From positions 16,026-80,025 of the forward strand of contig JAJRTE010000082.1 in the NCBI GenBank assembly GCA_024278455.1: a stretch of 64,000 nt of DNA. The letters are read 5' to 3'. The notes under the pieces were generated by a model that was not told where the DNA came from, searched no databases, and was given only the letters and a program-made list of their open reading frames with translations. The stretch is from Myxococcota bacterium (GTDB taxonomy: Bacteria; Myxococcota_A; UBA796; JAJRTE01). The first letter of the stretch is position 1. Every line of letters starts with the position of its first letter. Shown in pieces: positions 43,907 to 52,438 of the stretch. Both the position numbers and the translations under genes were made by a program.

Positions 43907-46900
43907 CTATCGTCCAACGGGATGCGGCGGCGAACCGGCCGGCGCTTCTCCAGTCATGTCCACAAGAACGAACGTGAGATCATCATCGAGGGGCACATCC
44001 CCCCTCGCGTCGTCGAGCGCGTCCGCAATGGCGGCCACCGCGTCGCGTGTGGCGAGGTCCCTGGTCGCGGCGAGCTGCTTGGACAGCTTCCGGATACCCA
44101 ACTGTCTGCCGTTCGGCAGCGTCAACTCCGGGAGCCCGTCCGTGTACATGAACAGTCGATCGCCGGGCTCGAGCTGCCGTTCGCGTACCCCGAGAGAGAA
44201 CGGGTCGTTGCCCAGGGCGGTTCCGGCGCAGGAGAGAGACAACACCTTGCCACTTCCGGTGAGAATGAGGAGTGCGGGTCCGCCGGCGTTGAACCAGCGC
44301 ATCTGGCCAGTCTTCGCATCGATTTCCACCGCGGACATCGTCATGTTGTACTTGCCCTGGCAGATGTCCTCGAGTTCCGCGTTGAGTTCCTCGAGAAGCG
44401 TTTCGATGGCGATGCCGGGCTCCCTTCGCCTGAGCGCCCGGTAGTGTGTGGCGGCCGAAGCGGTCAGCATGGCCGACGCCGCGCCGTGTCCGGTGACATC
44501 ACCGACCAGGACCACGATACGGTCGCCCGTCATGTCGTACCACCACCAGTCGCCGCTGCACTGCGCCGCGGGCCGGTAGAAGCCGTGGACCACGAACCTG
44601 GCGGTCCGGGCCGAGGCTTCTCGAGGCAGGAAGAAGGACTGGACCGCCGAGGTGAGGGCAAGGTCCTTTTCCATGGCCTTGCGCTCGAGTTCCACCTGCA
44701 CGAGCCGTCCTGTCTCCAGGGCGATGGCGATATGGTTGGCCAACGCGGTGAGGATCTCCAGGTCCTCTTCGGTGAACAGGCCTCGAGCCAGGCTGCTGTC
44801 CAGGTAGACGATCCCGATGAAACGTTCATCCATCGTGAGAGGTGCGGCGATGATGCTCTTCAGGCCATGAGCCACCACGCTTTCGGCCATGGAGAGTTCC
44901 CGTTCCGCGTCGCCGACCATGACAAGGGGTGAACCGGAGTCCCGCACCTTGTCCACGACCGTCGTGCTGTACGCGCCTTCGCCGATGATGTCCTGGCCTC
45001 GAGCGTCCCGGGCGCAGGCCACGGCCAGCTCCCCCTTGTCCTCGAGGAACAAGAAGCCCCGTTCGGCGCCGAGCACCTTCACGAGTTCATCCAGTGCGGC
45101 TCGCGCTCGCTCCTTGGGGTCCAGGCTCGACGACGACGCCACGCTGACCTGGAGTAGAGCATCGAGATACCGGGAAGTGGTGACCGCGCCTCCGGAGCTT
45201 CCCCCGATTTCGGTCCGGCCCGAGTGCACGGTACGGGTGGCGGCCAGGGTCGTGCCACCTCCAACCGGCTTCCTCGAGACGGCGTCGAATTCCGCCTCGA
45301 GACGTCCCAGCCGGGCCCGCCAGCCATGTTTCTCCGCAATGGCCAGTGCCGCCGCGGCGTGGCGCTGCTCAGCGCCGGCGTCCTCCCCTTGCCGGGCCAG
45401 CCTGGCACGCTCCAGGGCCACTTCGAACCGCCCCCACTCGCTGTCCGCATCCTCGGAAAGGGTCGCAGCCTGTTCCAACAGCTCCGCCGCAATCTTGACC
45501 TTCCCGGCGTCTCGAGCCAGTGCTGCCTGGATAATGAACCAGTGGCAATCGTTGTAGGACAGCTTCTCCACCATCTTCAGAAGCCGCAGCGCACGGTTCA
45601 CCCTCTCGAGAGCCTCGCCGTGGCTCTCCGCGGGAGCACGGAGGTATTGCCTGAGCCGGGCGTAGGCGATGAAAACGAACATCGGCCTGGGGTGCGCCGG
45701 CACGTGCCCGGGAGGAATCGCGTAGGACTCCCAGGTCTCGATCAGCTCCTCAAGCCCGGCCCCGAGGTCGCCCCGCTCCACCATGCCGAACGCCAGGTAG
45801 GTCAGCATGATCGTCCGGGCCCACCGCTCCGCCTCTGGAAGCGCAGAAGCCATCTCGAGCGCTTCGTAGTGGAAGTGGGTCGCCTCGCGGGTCCGACCGA
45901 GAACCGACAGAATCGCCGCACGATAGGCGCGGGTCATGACCGACGAAGCCGTCAGGTGAGCCTGGTCGGCCTTTTGCATGCCCCGCCGGGCAACGGCTAG
46001 CGCCTCCCGCATGTACCCGCGCATCATCAAGTTGATGCAATAGTCGCTCACCGCCTTGTTGTAGTCTCGAGGATGCAGCCAGTTGTCGATGTCGGGCAAC
46101 GTCTGCAGCCATTGCTCCTCGGCCCGCTTGAAATCACCAAGGAAGTGCGCCGAAAAATTCGCCCACATCCGGCTGGCATGCAGCGTGGCCGGATCGCCCA
46201 TCTCTTCGGCCTGCTCGATGGCGCGACGCCCGTAGAACTCGGCGATGGAACGCTTCTTCAGGTTGGCCATGACCGCCCCGAACCAGCTCGACGTGGCGAC
46301 CGACTCGAGACTCGGCCCGAGCAAGTGGGCATACAGAAGCTGCCGGAGCGTCAGGAGCAGCATGGCCACCGGCTCGAAGGCATAGTACCGGATCTCTCCC
46401 GCTAGTTTGTAGATATGACAGAGGAGCTTGTGCTTCTCGCGCCGTTCGCCGCGCGAACTGCCGTAGCCGATGCGCAAGCGACGCAAGACCGCGGCTGCGA
46501 ACCAGGAGAGGAGCGCGCCGAAAACCTGCCTCGCCTTCGATGACGGATAGGGCTTCCCCAACGCGCCCAGGGCAAGCATGCATTCGTGCCACGCCGCGTC
46601 CAGATCCACCTCGTCCACGAACACCGAACCCGTGCTGGCATGAAGCCGCGCCGCCAGCATGGGGTCTCGCGTGTCCTGGAGCGCATTCCGGAAGTGATGG
46701 ATGGCGTCCCGGTTGCGCCCGACGCCTCGAGCCGCCTGCCCGAGCGCCTGCTCGAGCGCGGCCCTGTCGGCGCGGATGCTCTGTCCCTCCGGCGAGTCCA
46801 GCACGTTGCGAGCCGTGGAGAGGAAGGTGCACGCATCCCGGTAGGCATACCGAGCGAGCGTGAGGCGTCCTGCCTCGAGGTTCGTCTCGAAAACACGGTT

Positions 46901-49060
46901 CGGGTTCTTGCCCCAATCACCGAGAGCATAGTGCCGGGCGATGGCCAGAACCCGTTCCGGCGCATCCGAGTCCTCGGCATCGAGCGCTTCGCCGATCTTT
47001 TGATGTATCTCAGCCGACGTGGGTTCATCGAGCGCCGCGGCCAACGTCTCGCACAGACGGTCCTGCAGGAACATGTAGGTCTCGGCACCGGTTCGGGCGA
47101 CGAGGTTCGCGCCCGTCGCCTCCGCGATGGCACGATTCACAGGCTCCTCACCCATTCCGGCGACATCCACGAGCAGGTGGAGAGCGAAAGTCCTGCCGGC
47201 GAGAGCGGCGCGTTCGAGCACGCGTCGTGTCTCGGAACTCAGCGCCTCGAGCCGCCTGAGCGAGAGGTCGAACACGTCGGCGGGAAGGTGCAGGGACGCG
47301 AACCCGTCCATGTCGACGCGCCACTGGCCCTGGGCAGGGAGTATCAGCCCGGCGTCGACGGCGGTTCGGACGTACTCCTCCACGGCGAGGGGGTTTCCGT
47401 TCGTCGCCACGGCGAGCCGTTCCACGAACCGGCGTTCGACGATGTGGCCCCCGAGATGGCCTGCGATGAGTTCCGCCACGCCTTCCACGTCCACGGGTCC
47501 GAGCGCGAGGTGTCGTGCTGCCGGAAACGCGCCCAGGGACCCGGCGTGCCTCCCGCCGTCTGCCTCGGTCTCCGACCGAGCTGCGAGGACGAGGAGGATG
47601 GGCACCCGTTCCGCCGCGCTCGCTACCCTCGACAGCACTTCCCGGGACCCTTCGTCCAACCACTGGGCGTCATCCACGACGAAGAGCATCCGGCCGCTCT
47701 CCGCGGCCAGGTTGGCGACGAAGCGGGCCAGGGCGTCGTTGAACAGTTCACCTTCGAGCTGGGCCACGGCACCGGTGTCTCCAGCGGCACGGGCCATGGC
47801 GGGGGACAACGATTTCACGAGAGGGCCGAGTTCGCCCATCGATCGCTCGAGCAGGCGTCTTGTCGCCGTGTCGCCCTGTTCGATGCGTTGGAACAGGTCC
47901 TCGAGGCAGGTATCGAGAGCCTGCCGGAGGGCTCCGTAGGGCACGGCGTTCCCCCGGCTGCCTCTTGTCCGCAACACGAGCGCTCCGGACTCCGCGCAGG
48001 ACGCGATGCTCGAGAACTCCTGGCACAACCGGGTCTTGCCGCTGCCGACCTCGCCTTCGATCGCCAGGACCCGGCCGCGGCCAGAACCCGCCTCCTTCCA
48101 CAGGGTTCCGAAGGTCTCGAGTTCCTGCTCCCGTCCGGCCAGGGGCAGTATCCGACTCGGCGGCTCCGGACGGTCGTTCCGTCCGAGCACCGCGTCCCCC
48201 GCATCGGCGAACAGGGTCTCGAGTTCTTCCAGGCGTTCGAGGTCGGATATCAGCCCTTCCACCGACTGGTAGCGGTCGTCCGGGTCCTTGGCGAGCAGCC
48301 GGGCAACGATGGCAGACAGCGCGGGCCCGATGTCGTCGTTCAACGTGTGCAGCCTGGGAGGCACGACGGCAGCATGCTGGCGCAGGAGTTCTCCGAGGTC
48401 GTCGGCCAGGAAGGGGGGGGTTCCGGCGAGGCATTCGAACAGGATGACGCCGAGGGAGTAGAGGTCGGCGCGTCCATCGACGGGCCGCTTGAGCAGCCCT
48501 GCCTGCTCCGGAGCAGTGTAGAGGAACGTGCCCACGACCTCCTCTTCCCGGTGCCCCCCCTCCTCCCCCACTGCCCGGGTGGCGAGCCCGAAGTCGATGA
48601 GCCTTGGTGTTCCCTGAAGGTCGATGATGATGTTGGCGGGCTTGATATCCCGGTGGACGAGCCCGTGACGGTGAACCTCCCCCAACGCGCCTGCGATGGT
48701 CGATGCCAGGCCGACGACTCGAGAAGGGGGCACCGGACCGCGTGCCAGGACAGCCGAGAGTTCTTCTCCCTCCACGAGTTCCATCAGGAGATAGGGACTC
48801 CCGCGAAGGTCTCCCGCTTCGATCACCTTGACGAGACCGGGGTGGTCGAGCCGTGCCAGGACGACAGCCTCGCGGTAGAAGCGTCGCCTGATCGCGTCTC
48901 CATGGTCGTCGCCCGCTGCGCGCATTACCTTGAGCGCATAGGTGTGTCCGTCTCGAGAGGCCTGGTAGACCGTACTCATCGCGCCCCTGCCAAGCTCACA
49001 GCCCACCTGCAGACCCCGCACCGCTGGATCCACCTCACGCAACCTGGCTGCAGCAATCAT
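43907..49060 (-). CDS. giant signalling protein: Ser/Thr protein kinase, AAA/STAND ATPase, TPR-like region, GAF, PP2C (SpoIIE-type) phosphatase
   Basis: 1717 aa. Kinase: 'YALKVMR', catalytic loop 'HRDIKPANIII', 'IDFGLA', 'TAPEQ'. Walker A 'EGEVGSGKT'. The C-terminal region is GAF-like. PP2C motifs are 'LVGDVTGHGAASAM' and 'LFMYTDGLPE'. Its stop lies 8 bp from the PKS start codon on the same strand. Confidence 0.85.
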   Translation of the reverse strand: MIAAARLREVDPAVRGLQVGCELGRGAMSTVYQASRDGHTYALKVMRAAGDDHGDAIRRRFYREAVVLARLDHPGLVKVIEAGDLRGSPYLLMELVEGEELSAVLARGPVPPSRVVGLASTIAGALGEVHRHGLVHRDIKPANIIIDLQGTPRLIDFGLATRAVGEEGGHREEEVVGTFLYTAPEQAGLLKRPVDGRADLYSLGVILFECLAGTPPFLADDLGELLRQHAAVVPPRLHTLNDDIGPALSAIVARLLAKDPDDRYQSVEGLISDLERLEELETLFADAGDAVLGRNDRPEPPSRILPLAGREQELETFGTLWKEAGSGRGRVLAIEGEVGSGKTRLCQEFSSIASCAESGALVLRTRGSRGNAVPYGALRQALDTCLEDLFQRIEQGDTATRRLLERSMGELGPLVKSLSPAMARAAGDTGAVAQLEGELFNDALARFVANLAAESGRMLFVVDDAQWLDEGSREVLSRVASAAERVPILLVLAARSETEADGGRHAGSLGAFPAARHLALGPVDVEGVAELIAGHLGGHIVERRFVERLAVATNGNPLAVEEYVRTAVDAGLILPAQGQWRVDMDGFASLHLPADVFDLSLRRLEALSSETRRVLERAALAGRTFALHLLVDVAGMGEEPVNRAIAEATGANLVARTGAETYMFLQDRLCETLAAALDEPTSAEIHQKIGEALDAEDSDAPERVLAIARHYALGDWGKNPNRVFETNLEAGRLTLARYAYRDACTFLSTARNVLDSPEGQSIRADRAALEQALGQAARGVGRNRDAIHHFRNALQDTRDPMLAARLHASTGSVFVDEVDLDAAWHECMLALGALGKPYPSSKARQVFGALLSWFAAAVLRRLRIGYGSSRGERREKHKLLCHIYKLAGEIRYYAFEPVAMLLLTLRQLLYAHLLGPSLESVATSSWFGAVMANLKKRSIAEFYGRRAIEQAEEMGDPATLHASRMWANFSAHFLGDFKRAEEQWLQTLPDIDNWLHPRDYNKAVSDYCINLMMRGYMREALAVARRGMQKADQAHLTASSVMTRAYRAAILSVLGRTREATHFHYEALEMASALPEAERWARTIMLTYLAFGMVERGDLGAGLEELIETWESYAIPPGHVPAHPRPMFVFIAYARLRQYLRAPAESHGEALERVNRALRLLKMVEKLSYNDCHWFIIQAALARDAGKVKIAAELLEQAATLSEDADSEWGRFEVALERARLARQGEDAGAEQRHAAAALAIAEKHGWRARLGRLEAEFDAVSRKPVGGGTTLAATRTVHSGRTEIGGSSGGAVTTSRYLDALLQVSVASSSSLDPKERARAALDELVKVLGAERGFLFLEDKGELAVACARDARGQDIIGEGAYSTTVVDKVRDSGSPLVMVGDAERELSMAESVVAHGLKSIIAAPLTMDERFIGIVYLDSSLARGLFTEEDLEILTALANHIAIALETGRLVQVELERKAMEKDLALTSAVQSFFLPREASARTARFVVHGFYRPAAQCSGDWWWYDMTGDRIVVLVGDVTGHGAASAMLTASAATHYRALRRREPGIAIETLLEELNAELEDICQGKYNMTMSAVEIDAKTGQMRWFNAGGPALLILTGSGKVLSLSCAGTALGNDPFSLGVRERQLEPGDRLFMYTDGLPELTLPNGRQLGIRKLSKQLAATRDLATRDAVAAIADALDDARGDVPLDDDLTFVLVDMTGEAPAGSPPHPVGR

Positions 49061-49459
49061 GGTTCGCCCTTCCTGTTCCCGATTGGAATCGGCCCGGTAC
49101 GAGTGCGCACCGGCTCACGTCGATAGCACTTGCCCAAGAATCGGAGAGACAGGCGAAAAACTTGAATACTGGTCTGGCGCTGGGCACCGTGGCCGGCTCG
49201 AAAGACTAACAGGGCGGCGATACGCGGCAACCTTTCCGCTCAAGAGGACCACCAGGGTCGCCGAAGTGATAGGTGACGGAGCGGAAGCGACAGGCTTTCC
49301 CGCCTTCGCGACCCGTCACGTCGATGCCCAGGTACAAAGAAGCTGAACAGCTCTCGATTGTGCCGTCTCGGCCAAAAACATCGGCCCGACACGTGCCTGG
49401 CTCGTGCCGCGCCGATGTGACCATACTGCTCGCACCTCATCGCAGGGGAAGGAACCACC

Positions 49460-50461
49460 ATGAATGTTGACATGGACACCATCGTCAAGAAACCAGAAGC
49501 GGCGCCGGTTCTTGGCGCAAGCGGCATCGTGTTTGTGAACGGCAGCGCGAATCAACTACCGAATCTTCCTCGAGTTCTGAGACGTGTCGTTGGGAAAGTG
49601 GAGTTGCGGGGATCGATGGCAGAAGTCCGTGATTCCAATAGCAGTGAACTCGTGGCGGTGAACTTCGATAGCCTGACGGCAAAGGAGCGGGACGGCCTGA
49701 TCCGCGATTTCGCCTTCGGACCGGGAAGACCGACGCTGCTCCTCCTCTCCGAAGGACACGCGCGCGACTACCTGTCGCGACTGTTCGCCAACCACACCCT
49801 GACGAACATGCTGGTCGTCAACAACAGGAACGTCGATATCTGCGACTTCCTGGTGACCATCCGCAAGATTCTGAAGCAGGACATCTTCGGACTGGAGAAG
49901 TACTTCGTCTGGGGAACGAAGACCCACCGCCTGCTCCTCACCAGTTCCACGCAACGCGGGGACGTGCTGGACACCATCGAGGCCTACTGCCACGACCTCA
50001 ACATACCGCGCAGGCTCAGGAACCTGGTCGTCTCCGTCGCGGACGAGTTCGTCACCAACGCGCTCTACAACGCACCGGTCGACGAACAGGGAGGCCCCAG
50101 GCATGCGAGCCTGCCGCGGACCGAGGAGGTGACGCTCGCCGAGGGCGAAGTGATCGAGGTCAAGCTCTGCTGTGACGGTTGGAGATTCGGCATCGCCACG
50201 TCGGACCCCTTCGGAACCTTGACACCGGAACTCCTGCTCGACTACCTGGCGAAGTGCTTCACCAAGGAAGACTATCAACCCGACGAGAGCAAGGGAGGCG
50301 CCGGTCTCGGCTTCTATCACATCTTCGAAAGCTTGTCCCACTTCATCGTCAACATCGCCCCTGGCAAGCGCACGGAACTCATCGGGCTCCTGGACGTGAG
50401 CGGAAGCTACCGCACCTTCGCCCAGGCGGGCAAATCCTTCAACCTCTTCACGGGAGAATGA
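49460..50461 (+). CDS. pseudo-receiver domain plus GHKL (RsbW/SpoIIAB-like) serine-kinase/anti-sigma-factor-type domain protein
   Basis: GGAAGGA RBS. The N-terminal 170 aa has a receiver-like alternating pattern without an obvious phospho-Asp pocket. The C-terminus has an N-box-like 'ADEFVTNALYNA', a G1-like 'DGWRFGIATSDPFG' and a G2-like 'GGAGLGFYHIFE'. Confidence 0.55.
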   Translation: MNVDMDTIVKKPEAAPVLGASGIVFVNGSANQLPNLPRVLRRVVGKVELRGSMAEVRDSNSSELVAVNFDSLTAKERDGLIRDFAFGPGRPTLLLLSEGHARDYLSRLFANHTLTNMLVVNNRNVDICDFLVTIRKILKQDIFGLEKYFVWGTKTHRLLLTSSTQRGDVLDTIEAYCHDLNIPRRLRNLVVSVADEFVTNALYNAPVDEQGGPRHASLPRTEEVTLAEGEVIEVKLCCDGWRFGIATSDPFGTLTPELLLDYLAKCFTKEDYQPDESKGGAGLGFYHIFESLSHFIVNIAPGKRTELIGLLDVSGSYRTFAQAGKSFNLFTGE

Positions 50462-50937
50462 CGATGGGCCACCAGATGTCCTGGAAACGGATTCTCGTGG
50501 ACGGGCAGGAGCGAATCCAGTTGGAGGGCAGCATCTCCGAGCACACCGACTTCAGGTCACTCATCGAAGTCGCTTCCGATTCTCTCGCTCTCGACCTGGC
50601 CCACGTCGACCAGATCAACTCCTGCGGCGTGCGCGAGTGGATCAATTTCGTCAACGCACTAAGGGAGTTGGGAAAAAACCTCGAAATGCACCGCTGCTCG
50701 CCGGCCATCGTCCGGCAGCTCAACATGATCTCCAACTTCAGGGGTGACGGCAAGGTCCAGTCGGTTCTGGCCCCCTACTTCTGCGACGCCTGTGACAACG
50801 AGATGACACAGATCGTGGATCTGGCCGGTATCGAGTCGCCCCCCGAAATCGCCGAGACGCTCCCATGTCCGAACTGCGGCGAGGACATGGAATTCGACGA
50901 TCTCGTCGATAGCTACCTGGGCTTCCTGGGCCGATGA
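50458..50937 (+). CDS. STAS-domain (anti-sigma-factor-antagonist-like) protein with C-terminal Cys4 zinc ribbon
   Basis: ATGA overlap with the upstream gene. The STAS core is 'LALDLAHVDQINSCGVREWINFVNALRELGKNLEMHRCSPAIVRQL', with Ser at the position of the SpoIIAA phospho-Ser. The zinc ribbon is 'CDACDNE...CPNCGE'. Confidence 0.7.
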   Translation: MTMGHQMSWKRILVDGQERIQLEGSISEHTDFRSLIEVASDSLALDLAHVDQINSCGVREWINFVNALRELGKNLEMHRCSPAIVRQLNMISNFRGDGKVQSVLAPYFCDACDNEMTQIVDLAGIESPPEIAETLPCPNCGEDMEFDDLVDSYLGFLGR

Positions 50938-51959
50938 AACAGAAAGACCCACCCAGGTTGTCAAAGGAGATCAAGGCCATGGTCGATGCGTCCATGGACG
51001 CCGTGATGGTCTCGGACCTGGACCTCCGAGTCATCTACTACAACACGAATATGCTCGAACTGGCCGGTCTCCGCCCGCGCGAACTGCGCAGGGCACGCGC
51101 GCAGGGCATGTGCCACAACCACTTCGGCCTCGAGACGTGCGACGAGCCTGATGGATGCGTCGCCAGGCGTGCCATCGACAACAGGCGACACCTGCGCGTC
51201 GACGAGGTGCGGTGCGCGTCTCCCGCAGGGGACGAATCCAGGCGCCTGATCATCGTCGCCGTGCCCTTGCTCGACACCGAAGGGCACCCCTACGCCGTCC
51301 TGGAGCAGTACAGGGATGTCACCGCAGAAAGCCGGATGCAGGAGCACTACAAGAACCTGCTCAAAAAGGAGCGGGAGCGGCTGGAGCGGCTCGCGGCCGA
51401 GGTCGAGCAGCAGGCCACGCTGGCGAGAACCGACCCCCTGACCGGCGTCGCGAACCGTCGCTGGTTCGATGAAACGCTCGCCGCCGCCATCGACAAGGCC
51501 GTCCACACCAACGAACCGCTCGTCCTGCTCATGTTCGACCTCGACCACTTCAAGAAGGTCAACGATACTTACGGGCACCAGACCGGGGACGAGGTGCTCC
51601 GGCAGTTCGCCAACGTGCTCCGCCGCTGCACCCGTGCCGACGCGGACGTGGTGGCTCGAGTCGGTGGCGAGGAGTTCGCCGTGCTCATGCCGGGCTGCAC
51701 CCTGGACATGGCTGTCAAGGCCTACTGCCGGGTGAGGGAGCAGAACGCACGCACAGGACTACTGACCACCTGTAGCTGTGGCATCGCCTGCTTGCATATC
51801 GATGCCGACAATGCCTCCGGCCTGTTCAAGGCAGCCGACAGCGCGCTCTACGCATCCAAGGAGAACGGCCGCAACCGGGTGACCGTGGCTGCTGATCTCG
51901 ATGCATGTCCCCTTGCAGCGCCCGGCAAGGGCGAAGCGCTGTCCGCCGGCCCATTCTGA
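50934..51959 (+). CDS. PAS-GGDEF diguanylate cyclase
   Basis: ATGA overlap with the STAS gene. The N-terminal region is PAS-like. 'DPLTGVANRRWFDE' and 'RVGGEEFAVLMPG' form an intact GGEEF active site. 'DLDHFKKVNDTYGH' is the metal-binding region. Confidence 0.85.
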   Translation: MKQKDPPRLSKEIKAMVDASMDAVMVSDLDLRVIYYNTNMLELAGLRPRELRRARAQGMCHNHFGLETCDEPDGCVARRAIDNRRHLRVDEVRCASPAGDESRRLIIVAVPLLDTEGHPYAVLEQYRDVTAESRMQEHYKNLLKKERERLERLAAEVEQQATLARTDPLTGVANRRWFDETLAAAIDKAVHTNEPLVLLMFDLDHFKKVNDTYGHQTGDEVLRQFANVLRRCTRADADVVARVGGEEFAVLMPGCTLDMAVKAYCRVREQNARTGLLTTCSCGIACLHIDADNASGLFKAADSALYASKENGRNRVTVAADLDACPLAAPGKGEALSAGPF

Positions 51960-52039
51960 GCAACCTGCATTTTTTCACTTGATTATATGCCCATGGGGGT
52001 ATATGTTTCCTCTCACACACAAAGTCGATGGAGGTTTGC

Positions 52040-52339
52040 ATGCCAACGATAGAAGTGACGGACAAGGCCAGGGAAAAACTTCTGGAAGCCGTGAAGGACA
52101 AGGAGGGGCAGTACGTGCGGGTCCTGCTCGAGGGGATTGGGTGAGGCGGTCCCCGCCTGGGGATGGCTCTGGATGAGCTGCGTGACAACGACACCCGCAT
52201 CAAGGTCAACGGGATTGAACTCATCGTGAGAAAGGATCACGAGAGGTACGTGGACAACACGATCATCGACTACCAGGACTCCTACTGGGGCCGGGGACTC
52301 ACCATCCGCCCCAACTACTACGCGCGCTCCTGCTGCTGA
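52040..52339 (+). CDS. HesB/IscA-like Fe-S assembly-family selenoprotein; in-frame TGA at 52142-52144 read as selenocysteine
   Basis: GGAGG RBS 6 nt before the ATG. The translation 'MPTIEVTDKAREKLLEAVKDKEGQYVRVLLEGIG-U-GGPRLGMALDE...IKVNGIELIV...RSCC' aligns to IscA 'MSITLSDSAAARV...GLRLGVRTSGCSGMAY...'. The TGA sits at the conserved first Cys of the xGCSG motif, and the C-terminal 'SCC' corresponds to IscA's CGC. Both halves lack independent starts. Confidence 0.7.
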
Positions 52340-52438
52340 ACCGGTGAGAATCGAGTCCCCGCACCGGACCTGCCAGCGATCGAAACCCCGGCCCGCGACT
52401 GCGACGGCATCCCGTCTCCTGGTATCCTCCGCGCGGCG

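Noticed and set aside
46586-49126. 846-aa plus-strand ORF antisense to the Ser/Thr-kinase giant
   Set aside because: The minus strand has complete kinase, Walker A and PP2C motifs. The antisense translation is featureless.
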